64,000 nucleotides of DNA from an uncultured Candidatus Saccharibacteria bacterium (GTDB lineage: Bacteria > Patescibacteriota > Minisyncoccia > Minisyncoccales > JAGMDC01): the NCBI GenBank assembly GCA_964615205.1, contig CAZTQA010000002.1, positions 53,286-117,285 on the forward strand, written 5' to 3'. This document shows positions 20,150-29,164 of the stretch, piece by piece. The number at the start of each line of letters is the position of its first letter. Position 1 is the stretch's first letter. The notes beneath the pieces were generated by a model. That model was not told the DNA's origin, did not search any database, and saw nothing but the letters and a program-made list of their open reading frames with translations. A program made the translations under genes and the position numbers.

Positions 20150-21117
20150 AATAAAAATAATATACCTAATCCAGACCCAATAAACAAAAGGGCAATAATT
20201 TTCTGAAAAGCAATGACTGGAGAAATTTCTTCTTTTAATATTTTGGGATACTTAAAAGCGATTATAAGCGCTAATAAAATAAGGAAAAAATACTGTAAGC
20301 CCTGCAAGGCATTAATCAAAGCCACAGAAGCCAAGGGAGCCAAAGCAACAGCCCAGTTTTGAAGAATATTAGCTAAAGCGCCCAAACCCCTATTAACAAT
20401 GAGAATAAAAGCGGTTCTCATTTTTGTTTCTAATCCGGAAAAAAAACCAATCATCGTCCTTTTAGGTTTGTAAATTTTTCGCCTTAATTCTGAACTTATT
20501 AAAAGAAAAACCAAAGCTGCTAAAACACTGCCTAATTTTATCCAGATAAAGCCGTTCCAAAAAGGATTCCAAGCGGGCTGATTTAAGTAAACGTATTTTG
20601 CTAAAACAATTTCTAAAGCAAATAAAAAAGCGGTTATCAAAGAATATCTCAAAACACTAAGAGAGACATGAGTTTCTTTTCTTAAGGTAACAAGAACGCT
20701 TCCCATAACCAGTAAACCGAAAGCTAAGGTCTTAGAGAAAGACAAAAATATTTCACCGCCAGAGAAAAGATAGATTAAGAATAAAACAAAAAAAGGACTC
20801 AACCCCCCTATCACCGGCACCACTCTTGAAGCATCAAAAAGATGCAAAGAGAAATAAAGCCAATAAAGAGCTAGAACAAAAACCATTCCTGTAAATAAGC
20901 TTAAAAGTAAAACTCTTGTTTCAGGAACAAAAAATCCCACAAAAGGAATTAAAGCCACAACAAAGATACTCGTCAAGCCGACATAAAAAGCATAGACTCT
21001 GGGATGAGGCATTGGCCCGCTTAAAAGATATTTATCAATCAGAGAGCAGACGGCCAAAAGAAAATATGCTGAAATAATAATTGGAAGCCAAAGCATAAAT
21101 CTTATTAAATGAGGCAA
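20146..21117 (-). CDS. Polytopic membrane protein (about 9-10 TM helices), polysaccharide-cluster associated
   Basis: hydrophobicity pattern; 4-bp overlap with the downstream GH5 gene. Confidence 0.4.
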   Translation of the reverse strand: MPHLIRFMLWLPIIISAYFLLAVCSLIDKYLLSGPMPHPRVYAFYVGLTSIFVVALIPFVGFFVPETRVLLLSLFTGMVFVLALYWLYFSLHLFDASRVVPVIGGLSPFFVLFLIYLFSGGEIFLSFSKTLAFGLLVMGSVLVTLRKETHVSLSVLRYSLITAFLFALEIVLAKYVYLNQPAWNPFWNGFIWIKLGSVLAALVFLLISSELRRKIYKPKRTMIGFFSGLETKMRTAFILIVNRGLGALANILQNWAVALAPLASVALINALQGLQYFFLILLALIIAFKYPKILKEEISPVIAFQKIIALLFIGSGLGILFLL

Positions 21118-21125
21118 TAAGGTTT

Positions 21126-21241
21126 CAAAGTAACTCTCGGAGTTCTGCCGGCATGGTCTCTCTTGATTAAAATCAAGAGAGCGGCAGAACGAGAGCGTAG
21201 GCTGGCAAATCTCGCTGGAGATTTGGACAGCCGGTACTTTG
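21126..21241. ncRNA. GC-rich structured RNA candidate (Y-shaped: closing stem plus two long hairpins); strand unresolved
   Basis: GC-rich island in an AT-rich genome; P1 pairs CAAAGUA with UACUUUG; hairpin A pairs CUCUCG-UUCUGCCG-CUCUCUUGAUU with AAUCAAGAGAG-CGGCAGAA-CGAGAG; hairpin B pairs GGCUG-CAAAUCUC with GAGAUUUG-CAGCC; all Watson-Crick pairs. Confidence 0.4.
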
Positions 21242-21262
21242 AAATTTTGATTGCCGAATAAA

Positions 21263-22468
21263 CTAAATTTTTAAATAATTATTCTTGCAGATTTCTGCAT
21301 AATAATAAGCGCTGGACCGGGGCTTTCTTTCTAAAGTATTATAATTAATTTCCAATAATCCGAATCTCTGCTCAAATTTCTCAGGCCCTCCATGCCATTC
21401 TAAATTATCCATCAATGACCAGTACAAATAGCCTTTAACGTCTATTCCCTCTTGAATGGCTCTATGGATCCAAACCAAATGGTCTCTAATAAATTCTTTT
21501 CTATATTTATCCTGGCTATCAGCTAAACCATTTTCTGTGATATAAATGGGTTTTTTAAATTTTGCCAGATATTTTAAAGCCCAATAGATACCCTCTGGAT
21601 AAATCTCCCAGCCCATATCAGTTATTTTTTTGTTTAGATTCTTTACAAAAGGCACCCTTACCCCAGCAACTGTAGAGAATAAAGAGGGATACCAAACCAT
21701 TCTATTATGGAAATAATAATCCAAACCAATAAAATCAATCTCATCTTTTATTTTGCTTAAAAACCAATCATTCCAGAGAAAATGAAAAACTTTGGCTAAG
21801 AAAATTTCTACTGGGCAGTATTTTCTGGCTGGTTCAAAATAATTAGTCAACTTAGTAATACTAACCTTACCTGTAGGGCATTTTTTATGAATTAAGTAAT
21901 AGCTTTTTTGATATGCTTTTGATAAATTATTGAAAACCCTGAATAATTTAAAAATATTTCTTTTTTTAAAGGGCGGAAACTTACCTATTGAATAACCACT
22001 AATATATACCATTGGTTCATTTAAAATTATCCAGAAATCAATCAAATCACCTAATTCTTGAACAATAATTTTAATATAATTTTCAAAATAATCAACTGAT
22101 TTTTTATTTGCCCATCCGCCTCTTTCCATAAACCATTTTGGATTGGTCCAATGCCAAAGAGTAACAATCGTTTTAATATTTCTTTTTTTTAAAGCCAAAA
22201 GAACTTTTTTATAATGTTCAATTTCTTTTTGATTAATCCTACCCGGTTCTGGCTCTATTCTTGACCATTCAATGGAAAACCGGAATGCGTTTTGATTCAA
22301 TTTTTCCAGCCAGTCAAAATCTTGATCGTAGCGGTTGTAATGGTCGCAGGCCCTGCCAGCCGGATATTTGTCTGACCAGTCGCAATTTTCAATGCCGCCT
22401 TCTACCTGATAAGCAGAGGTGGAACTTCCCCATAAAAAATCTTTTGGAAAATCCAATTTTTTTTCCAT
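21263..22468 (-). CDS. bglA: GH1-family beta-glucosidase
   Basis: 'LWHWTNP', 'ILNEPMVY' (acid/base Glu) and 'IYITENG' (nucleophile Glu) motifs. Confidence 0.9.
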   Translation of the reverse strand: MEKKLDFPKDFLWGSSTSAYQVEGGIENCDWSDKYPAGRACDHYNRYDQDFDWLEKLNQNAFRFSIEWSRIEPEPGRINQKEIEHYKKVLLALKKRNIKTIVTLWHWTNPKWFMERGGWANKKSVDYFENYIKIIVQELGDLIDFWIILNEPMVYISGYSIGKFPPFKKRNIFKLFRVFNNLSKAYQKSYYLIHKKCPTGKVSITKLTNYFEPARKYCPVEIFLAKVFHFLWNDWFLSKIKDEIDFIGLDYYFHNRMVWYPSLFSTVAGVRVPFVKNLNKKITDMGWEIYPEGIYWALKYLAKFKKPIYITENGLADSQDKYRKEFIRDHLVWIHRAIQEGIDVKGYLYWSLMDNLEWHGGPEKFEQRFGLLEINYNTLERKPRSSAYYYAEICKNNYLKI

Positions 22469-22487
22469 TTCCTAATTATAACATAAA

Positions 22488-23825
22488 TTAATATTTTAGG
22501 AATTTGAGTTTTTGATTTTGTCTCTGATTAAGATGCCGAACCAAATATACCAGAACTAAATAATAGACTATTACCCAAAGCCAATGCATATTATTTATAG
22601 CCACAAAAGCCACAGGCAATTGAGAAAAAAAATCAATTGTTTTCACAATATAGGTTAAGAAAAACCAGTTTGGTAAAGAAAAAATCCAACCTAAAAACTG
22701 CCAAAATATGCCTACTAAACCCGAAACAAGACCAAAAATCATAATAAAGGGCAACAAGGGCACAATTAAGACATTGGCAATTGGCGAAACTAAAGAGACA
22801 TAACCGAAATTATAGATTAAGATGGGTAAAGTAAAAACATAAGCTGAAAAAGTCATAGCCAATATGTTTCTAACAAATTCCAAAGGAATTTTTTTAAGCC
22901 TGTGCTGAAAAAAAGGCATTAAATGAATTATGCCTAAGGTGGCTAAAAAAGAAAGCTGAAATCCAACGTCATAACGCAAAAGCAAAGGATTGTAGAAAAG
23001 CATTAAAGCCGCAGCTAAAACCAGGGCCCTGTCTGATTTGTTCATTCTGCCGGTCTTTTCAGCCAACAGAAACAAACCACCCATAATTCCTGCCCTCACA
23101 GCTGAAGCGGGAGCGCCGATCATAATAATATAAAGAAATAAAACAACAATGGCAAAATAAAAGGCCTGACTTTTCCACAAGCCCAATGCCATACCTAACC
23201 ACATCAAAATACCTGCCAGCAAAACAATATGCAGCCCGGAAACACAGGTAATATGCCGGGTGCCGGTAATATTAAGTTTTTCTTTATACTCTTCTGAAAT
23301 CTGCTTTTTATCCCCTAAAATAATGGCTCCTAAGATAGCTGATTGGGGAGGCGAAATATTTTCGTAAAGGGATTTTCTTAATTTGCTTTTAAACCCCAAA
23401 ATCAAAGAATAAAAATTGAGGGAGGCTGAGCCCCCCTCAATTTTTTTAACTTGGGGGAAATAAATTATGGAATAGATGCCGTCTTTAGATAAATATCCTT
23501 GATAATTAAAATCTTCAAAAATTTCAGGCGTTTCCAATTCTCCTTTAATTTCTAATCTATCTCCATAATTGTATTCAGGAAATCTATATGTAAAAACTAA
23601 AATTTTTCCTTCTCCTGCTTCTAAAATTAGCTGTGTATGTTTCTCCCTTACATCCGGTTCTTGGGAAATTCTGCCTGTTAATATTATTGTCTCTCCTGTA
23701 TCGTTATATTTTCTTAAAGAATTATCCGGAATATCTGTTTTAATTGGAAAATTAAAAAAGGAATTCAAAAAAATTCCTAAAATAAAAAGCAAGCAAAGAA
23801 AGAAAACAATTTGAGATAGAGTCAC
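22488..23825 (-). CDS. comEC: ComEC/Rec2 DNA-internalisation channel (competence domain only, no metallo-beta-lactamase domain)
   Basis: multi-TM; 'TRHITCVSGLHIVLLAGIL' matches the ComEC signature; N-terminal OB/DUF4131-like region; GTG start overlapping the nrdG stop (GTGA). Confidence 0.75.
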   Translation of the reverse strand: MTLSQIVFFLCLLFILGIFLNSFFNFPIKTDIPDNSLRKYNDTGETIILTGRISQEPDVREKHTQLILEAGEGKILVFTYRFPEYNYGDRLEIKGELETPEIFEDFNYQGYLSKDGIYSIIYFPQVKKIEGGSASLNFYSLILGFKSKLRKSLYENISPPQSAILGAIILGDKKQISEEYKEKLNITGTRHITCVSGLHIVLLAGILMWLGMALGLWKSQAFYFAIVVLFLYIIMIGAPASAVRAGIMGGLFLLAEKTGRMNKSDRALVLAAALMLFYNPLLLRYDVGFQLSFLATLGIIHLMPFFQHRLKKIPLEFVRNILAMTFSAYVFTLPILIYNFGYVSLVSPIANVLIVPLLPFIMIFGLVSGLVGIFWQFLGWIFSLPNWFFLTYIVKTIDFFSQLPVAFVAINNMHWLWVIVYYLVLVYLVRHLNQRQNQKLKFLKY

Positions 23826-24517
23826 CTTAACTTACATAATTTAAATTTGGGTTTTATCTCCTCTACCACCTCTTTTATCTCATTTTCTTTCAAAACAGGA
23901 AGTTTTAGTATTTCAGGATTTAGAATGGGTTTTTGAGAATTAAATTCCTGCAAAAAATATTTTACATTTTCCACAGCAATCCAATCTGCCAGATCTTGTA
24001 TATCTTCTTTAGTTAGTCCGGGAGCAACAGTTGTCCTGAATTCAAAATCAACCTTACCCTTTTTTAAGATATCAATGCTCTTGTCTATTTTTTTTAAATC
24101 AATTTTTTTTCCGGCATAAAAAGAATATTTTTCTTTGGGAGCTTTTACATCCATAGCCACATAATCAATTAATTTAAGCTGGATTAATTTTTGAAGCATC
24201 TCCGGATTAAAACCGTTGGTGTCTAACTTAATTAAAAAACCCATAACCTTTATTTTTTTTACAAAACCAGGAAGTTCTTTGTAAATAGTGGGTTCCCCTC
24301 CGCAGATTACCGTCCCCTCAAGCATTTTCTGCCTTTCTTTTAGAAAGTCAAAAAAATCTTTTTCTGAAATCTTGGGCTGTTTTTTTATTTCTTCGGGCAA
24401 AACCAGTTCCCGGGAATAGCAAAAAGGACAGCGAAAATTGCATCCAGTTAAAAAAACCGTGGCTGATAGTTTGCCAGGGTAATCTATTAAGCTTAATTTT
24501 TGGATTCCTCCGATCAT
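23822..24517 (-). CDS. nrdG: Anaerobic ribonucleotide reductase activating protein (radical SAM)
   Basis: 'GCNFRCPFC' CxxxCxxC cluster motif; translationally coupled to nrdD. Confidence 0.75.
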   Translation of the reverse strand: MIGGIQKLSLIDYPGKLSATVFLTGCNFRCPFCYSRELVLPEEIKKQPKISEKDFFDFLKERQKMLEGTVICGGEPTIYKELPGFVKKIKVMGFLIKLDTNGFNPEMLQKLIQLKLIDYVAMDVKAPKEKYSFYAGKKIDLKKIDKSIDILKKGKVDFEFRTTVAPGLTKEDIQDLADWIAVENVKYFLQEFNSQKPILNPEILKLPVLKENEIKEVVEEIKPKFKLCKLR

Positions 24518-26622
24518 AGTGCCTTAACTTTGAATTCTTTTCTTTCTCTAAATTCCTGCTGTTTGCCGCGATTCCATTGCTGAACCGGCCTCAAATAACC
24601 CACTACTCGAGAATAAACTTCGCAAGGCTGTTTAACCAAGCATTTGGGACATTCAAAATGTTCACCGCTTAAATATCCGTGAACCGGACAAATAGAAAAA
24701 GTAGGACTAATAGTGATATATGGAAGATGAAACTTTTCAAAAACTTTTCTCACCAATGCCTTAACTGTTTCCACATTAGAAATCCTTTCTCCTAAGAATA
24801 AATGTTCTACTGTGCCTCCGGTATACTTACATTGAAGTTCGTCTTGGAGTTTTAAGGCCTCAAAAGCATCATTAGTATAATTAACCGGCAACTGACTGGA
24901 ATTGGTATAATAAGGATTTTCTTTTACTCCGGCCGTAATAATATCCGGGTATTTCTCTTTGTCTTTAAGGGCAAAACGGTAAGCTGTGCTTTCAGCCGGA
25001 GTGGCTTCCAAGTTATAAATGTTGTTGGTTTCTTCCTGATACTTAATCAACTTTTGACGCATAAAATCCATTATTTCCAGAGCAAACTTTTTTCCTCTGA
25101 TAGAAGCAATATTCTCTCCCAAGAAATTCAAAAGAGCTTCATTCATGCCCACTAATCCTATAGTAGAAAAATGATTAGCAAAATAATTTCCTCTGGCTTT
25201 TTTTACGCCTGACAAGTAAAACCTGGAATAAGGATAAAGTCCCTTTCCAATTAAATCCTCTATGGCTTTTCTTTTAATCTCCAAGCTATCCCTGGCTAAA
25301 TCCATCATTTTTTCTAATCTTTCAAAAAATTCCTTTTTAGTCTTAGAAACATATCCCAGGCGCGGAAGATTAATGGTAACAACACCTATACTTCCTGTAA
25401 GCGACCCACTTCCAAAGAGACCACCACCACCACGGTTGTAAAGGTCTTTTAAATCCAAACGAAGCCGGCAACACATCGAGCGCACGTCATCAGGTTTCAT
25501 TTCTGAATTAATATAATTGGCAAAATAATTAATTCCGTATTTAGCCGAGGCTTCAAAAATTAAATCGTAATTGGGGTCCTGCCATGGAAAATCTTTAGTG
25601 ATATTAATGGTCGGAATGGGAAAATGAAATGGACGGGAAGAACGATCCCCTTCCAACATAGTTTCATAAAGAGCTTTATTAAAAAGTTTCATTTCTTCCT
25701 CAAACTCACCGTAATTTTCTTTTTGGGGTTTTCCTCCAATAATAACCGGCTGATTAGCAAAAACAGAAGAAGGTTTCAAATCCAAAGTAATATTAGAAAA
25801 AGGACACTGGAACCCTACTCGAGTGGGTACAGCCATATTAAATAAAAATTCCTGCAACGCCTGCTTGACTTGACTAAAGTTTAAATTGTCATAACGGATA
25901 AAGGGAGCTAGTAAAGTATCAAAATTGGAAAAAGCCACTGCGCCAGCGCATTCTCCCTGAAGAGTATATAAAAAATTAACCGTCTGGCCTAAAGCAGCCC
26001 TGAAATGCTTGGCTGGTTTGGTTTCTACTTTTCCTGGTACGCCTCGAAAACCTTTTAACAAAAGATCATACAAGTCCCAGCCCATACAATAACAGGAAAG
26101 AGTGTCTAAATTATGAAGATGCAAATCAGCTGATTCATTGGCTTCCCTTATTTCCTGAGAATAAATTTTGTTAAGCCAGTATCTTTTAATAATATATGTG
26201 ACGCCATAGTGGTTTAATCCCTGCAAAGAAAAAGCCATATTAGCGTTTTCCTGCACTTCCCAGTCCAGTTTTTCCAAATACTGGTCAATTCTGTCCACAG
26301 CTTCTTCGCTTACAGCAATGGCCTCCCTGATTCTTCTTCTCTGCTCGCGGTAAAGAATATACGCTTTGGCAGTTTCCACTAAATCTTCCATAATTAAAAC
26401 CTCTTCCACAATATTTTGAACCTGTTCCACATTGGGAATCTCATCTTTCTTAAATCTGCGGTTTAAAATTTTAGCTACCCGATCTGAAACTTTTTTAGAT
26501 TTCTTTCCGTCGCCCTGGCCAGTGGAAGTAATGGCTTTATAAACAGCCTTGGTTATCTTTTCTTGGTCAAAATCCACTATTGTTTCGTCTCTCTTTTCAA
26601 TTTTAGTAATATGGTTTTTCAT
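24514..26622 (-). CDS. nrdD: Anaerobic ribonucleoside-triphosphate reductase (class III RNR)
   Basis: N-terminal ATP-cone; C-terminal Zn ribbon 'CPVHGYLSGEHFECPKC'; glycyl-radical motif 'RVVGYL'. Confidence 0.9.
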   Translation of the reverse strand: MKNHITKIEKRDETIVDFDQEKITKAVYKAITSTGQGDGKKSKKVSDRVAKILNRRFKKDEIPNVEQVQNIVEEVLIMEDLVETAKAYILYREQRRRIREAIAVSEEAVDRIDQYLEKLDWEVQENANMAFSLQGLNHYGVTYIIKRYWLNKIYSQEIREANESADLHLHNLDTLSCYCMGWDLYDLLLKGFRGVPGKVETKPAKHFRAALGQTVNFLYTLQGECAGAVAFSNFDTLLAPFIRYDNLNFSQVKQALQEFLFNMAVPTRVGFQCPFSNITLDLKPSSVFANQPVIIGGKPQKENYGEFEEEMKLFNKALYETMLEGDRSSRPFHFPIPTINITKDFPWQDPNYDLIFEASAKYGINYFANYINSEMKPDDVRSMCCRLRLDLKDLYNRGGGGLFGSGSLTGSIGVVTINLPRLGYVSKTKKEFFERLEKMMDLARDSLEIKRKAIEDLIGKGLYPYSRFYLSGVKKARGNYFANHFSTIGLVGMNEALLNFLGENIASIRGKKFALEIMDFMRQKLIKYQEETNNIYNLEATPAESTAYRFALKDKEKYPDIITAGVKENPYYTNSSQLPVNYTNDAFEALKLQDELQCKYTGGTVEHLFLGERISNVETVKALVRKVFEKFHLPYITISPTFSICPVHGYLSGEHFECPKCLVKQPCEVYSRVVGYLRPVQQWNRGKQQEFRERKEFKVKAL

Positions 26623-26648
26623 AAAGATATTACTCCATTCTACTCCAC

Positions 26649-26676
26649 ATAAAAAAGAGCGTCAAATCAGCTCTTT
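26649..26676 (-). terminator. Intrinsic terminator for the 26711..27394 gene (hairpin aagagc/gctctt plus U-run in minus sense)
   Basis: hairpin at 26655-26675 flanked by an A-run on the plus strand. Confidence 0.5.
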
Positions 26677-26710
26677 CCCTATTAAAAAAATTAGTTATCC
26701 ACAGAGAAAA

Positions 26711-27394
26711 CTAATTTTTCTTTATTTCTTTTTGATATTCAAGATAGGAATAGACAATAAGATAGCCGGTAATCAATAAAACGGAACCTAAAAGAAGATA
26801 AACAAAATAATCTTCAAATAAAATTGCTAAAAGAAAAACAACAGCCAGAAGTTTAAACAATTTACTTCCGATTTTATGCGTTTTCTCCCAAACTTTATCG
26901 CTGCTTAATGTCCAGGGAGTTCTAATGCCAATAAACCAATTTCTTTTGGCATTCTCAATCAAGATTCCGCAGTAGTAGAATAACACTGATACGGCTGGCA
27001 GCATCAATAAATTCATATTGAAAGTCCAATCCAAGTTCCAGAAAATGGTTAAAAGATAAATATAGAAAAGAAAACCGATTATTAAAACAATAAATATGTC
27101 AAAGTATTTTCTAAATTTGGCAATGTTCTCTTTTAAGGGATCAATTTTAGGAATAACCAAAAAAAATAAAAACAAGCCCAAAATCATTAAGGGCATCGTA
27201 AACAAAGCCCAGAACTTAGCCATATAGCCGTCAACTTGGCCATGCTCGTTCCAGTGCGAAGCCATTTTCTCCGGCATCTGCGGATAAAAATAAAAGCCAA
27301 CCGCAAAAGAAAGCCCGATAATCAATAAAACAATAATATTAGTTTTCTTCATATATTTTATTATACCACACTTTCCCCTAAAATAAAAAATCAA
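26711..27394 (-). CDS. Polytopic membrane protein, hypothetical
   Basis: about 6 TM helices. Confidence 0.35.
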   Translation of the reverse strand: MIFYFRGKCGIIKYMKKTNIIVLLIIGLSFAVGFYFYPQMPEKMASHWNEHGQVDGYMAKFWALFTMPLMILGLFLFFLVIPKIDPLKENIAKFRKYFDIFIVLIIGFLFYIYLLTIFWNLDWTFNMNLLMLPAVSVLFYYCGILIENAKRNWFIGIRTPWTLSSDKVWEKTHKIGSKLFKLLAVVFLLAILFEDYFVYLLLGSVLLITGYLIVYSYLEYQKEIKKN

Positions 27395-27487
27395 ACGGAA
27401 ACGATTTTTATTATAATCTCGCGGTCGTGGGAGCGTTCGTCATAATGGCCTTTAGTAGAAATACTTATTAGAGGCATATTTAATAAT

Positions 27488-29164
27488 TTATTTTAGTCTT
27501 TCTTTGATATCCTTAATTTCTTTTTCAATTTTTTCCCTACTAATCCGTAAGGCCTCACTAATATGTTGATAAGCCTTTTTTTCCTGTTCGTTAAAACCTG
27601 GCTGATTGTCAACCATTTCAATCCTTTTAACTACCTCCTTTTCCAAAGAATCAAAGTTCTTTTTAAGCGATTGTTCTGCCTCCCAGGCCTCTCTCGTCAG
27701 TATCTTTTTATTCTTCTGATTCTTGCCATAAAAATATAGCATTAGGGCCATTCCAATAATCAAAATTATGAAGAAAACTAAAGACAGGTTCTTAAAACTA
27801 ATCATTAACTGTCCGAGAATAATTCCATTAAAGAAAACTTCTATTTTCTTTTCTTCTGAATAATTACTAATGGCTCCTCTTTGGTCTTGGGCCATAACAT
27901 ATAAAGAATAAATGCCTGGCTTTAACAGTTCCTTAGTGGAAAAGGACCACTCCCCCTGCTCATCACTTGGAATTATCCATTGCTTTACTTCCTGATTATC
28001 TTTTTTAAGCAAAATGACGATTTCAACATTGAACAAAGAGCTACCCTGAAGATAAAAAGTTTCTTCTCCAGCCATATACTCTTCCGGCCAGACAATAATT
28101 TGAGGAGTTTCTAATGGCTCTATGTTTATAAGCGATTCAGTTTGAGCAATATTGCCAGCCTGATCTATTGCCCTAACAACAATCCGATGGCTGCCCGGCT
28201 CCAATAAAGACAAAGAAACAGAACCAATCTGGGCTAGCATTAAGTCAAAGAAATCGGCCTGGTCTATCTTCACCTTGTAAGCGTTTATGCCTGAAGTTTC
28301 ATCAAAAGTTTCAAAATAGAGATTGGGTTGTGGATTAGTCTGGTCGCCGCTGTTATCAATAGTTATTTCAAAAGAAGAAGGCGGTAAAGTATCAACCTGA
28401 ATCTTGTAATGGCTTGTCTCTAACCAGCCATCATCATTGGCTAATCTTAAATGAAAATACCAAACACCATCATCTAATCCATAATATTTTGTTGACTGAA
28501 TAACGCCCTCTGAAGATTCATCAGGAATTGTTTCTGGATCCTTATCTAAAACAAAGCTTACTTTCTTAATATCCTGGTTTAAGGTCCATTCAAATAAAGG
28601 TGAATTATTGTTATACCAACTGTCCTGCTTAGGATGAGTAGAAGAAAAAATACCAGTTGAGGAAGTTTTTACATCCTCAAAGATAAGATATTTTGCTTTT
28701 TTTAAATAACTTAAAACGTTCGTTCCTTTGCCGTCATCAGCTAAAATTTGGGCATCGCCAAAATTAAGCTCTATATCGCCTTTCTCTTTTGCTTTAAATT
28801 CAATAGTAATTATTTTTCCTTGGCCTTGAAAGCCAGGCGTAGGCAAACCGCCGGCAAAATTTATACTGCCTTTAGTATCAGAAAAGCTTGGTTCTTCTGG
28901 CCAAAGAGAAAAAATAGAATTATCTTTAGAAAGAGAAAGAACCTCTAATTTATCTGTTGGAAAATAGATTACTGCTTGGCTAGCATTAATAGGAATAAAG
29001 TTACTATCAACCATTACTTCTATAGAGAATTTTTCTCCCATCTTAAAACTCTTGCTGGTTGGTGAAAGAAATAAAGAAGCATTGCTGCCTTCAGCTACTG
29101 CAGGCAGTCCGCTAAGTACCACGAATAAGACACTAAATACCGCTAATAATAGATTATTTCTCAT
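27488..29164 (-). CDS. Secreted surface protein, paralogue 1 of 4: cohesin-like N-domain, Ig-like middle domains, C-terminal TM anchor and cytoplasmic coiled-coil tail
   Basis: signal peptide; N-domain shared across the four paralogues ('...ILADDGKGTNVLS'); motifs 'DGVWYFHLR', 'VDTLPP' and 'AIDQAGN'; C-terminal TM helix followed by a Lys/Glu-rich tail. Confidence 0.5.
   Translation of the reverse strand: MRNNLLLAVFSVLFVVLSGLPAVAEGSNASLFLSPTSKSFKMGEKFSIEVMVDSNFIPINASQAVIYFPTDKLEVLSLSKDNSIFSLWPEEPSFSDTKGSINFAGGLPTPGFQGQGKIITIEFKAKEKGDIELNFGDAQILADDGKGTNVLSYLKKAKYLIFEDVKTSSTGIFSSTHPKQDSWYNNNSPLFEWTLNQDIKKVSFVLDKDPETIPDESSEGVIQSTKYYGLDDGVWYFHLRLANDDGWLETSHYKIQVDTLPPSSFEITIDNSGDQTNPQPNLYFETFDETSGINAYKVKIDQADFFDLMLAQIGSVSLSLLEPGSHRIVVRAIDQAGNIAQTESLINIEPLETPQIIVWPEEYMAGEETFYLQGSSLFNVEIVILLKKDNQEVKQWIIPSDEQGEWSFSTKELLKPGIYSLYVMAQDQRGAISNYSEEKKIEVFFNGIILGQLMISFKNLSLVFFIILIIGMALMLYFYGKNQKNKKILTREAWEAEQSLKKNFDSLEKEVVKRIEMVDNQPGFNEQEKKAYQHISEALRISREKIEKEIKDIKERLK

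Noticed and set aside
26686-26718. AT-only 10-bp inverted repeat (aaaattagtt...aactaatttt) around the TTATCCACA box as a terminator
   Set aside because: The stem is entirely A/T and weak. A proper GC hairpin terminator lies just beside it (26655-26675). It more likely marks promoter or operator DNA for nrdD.
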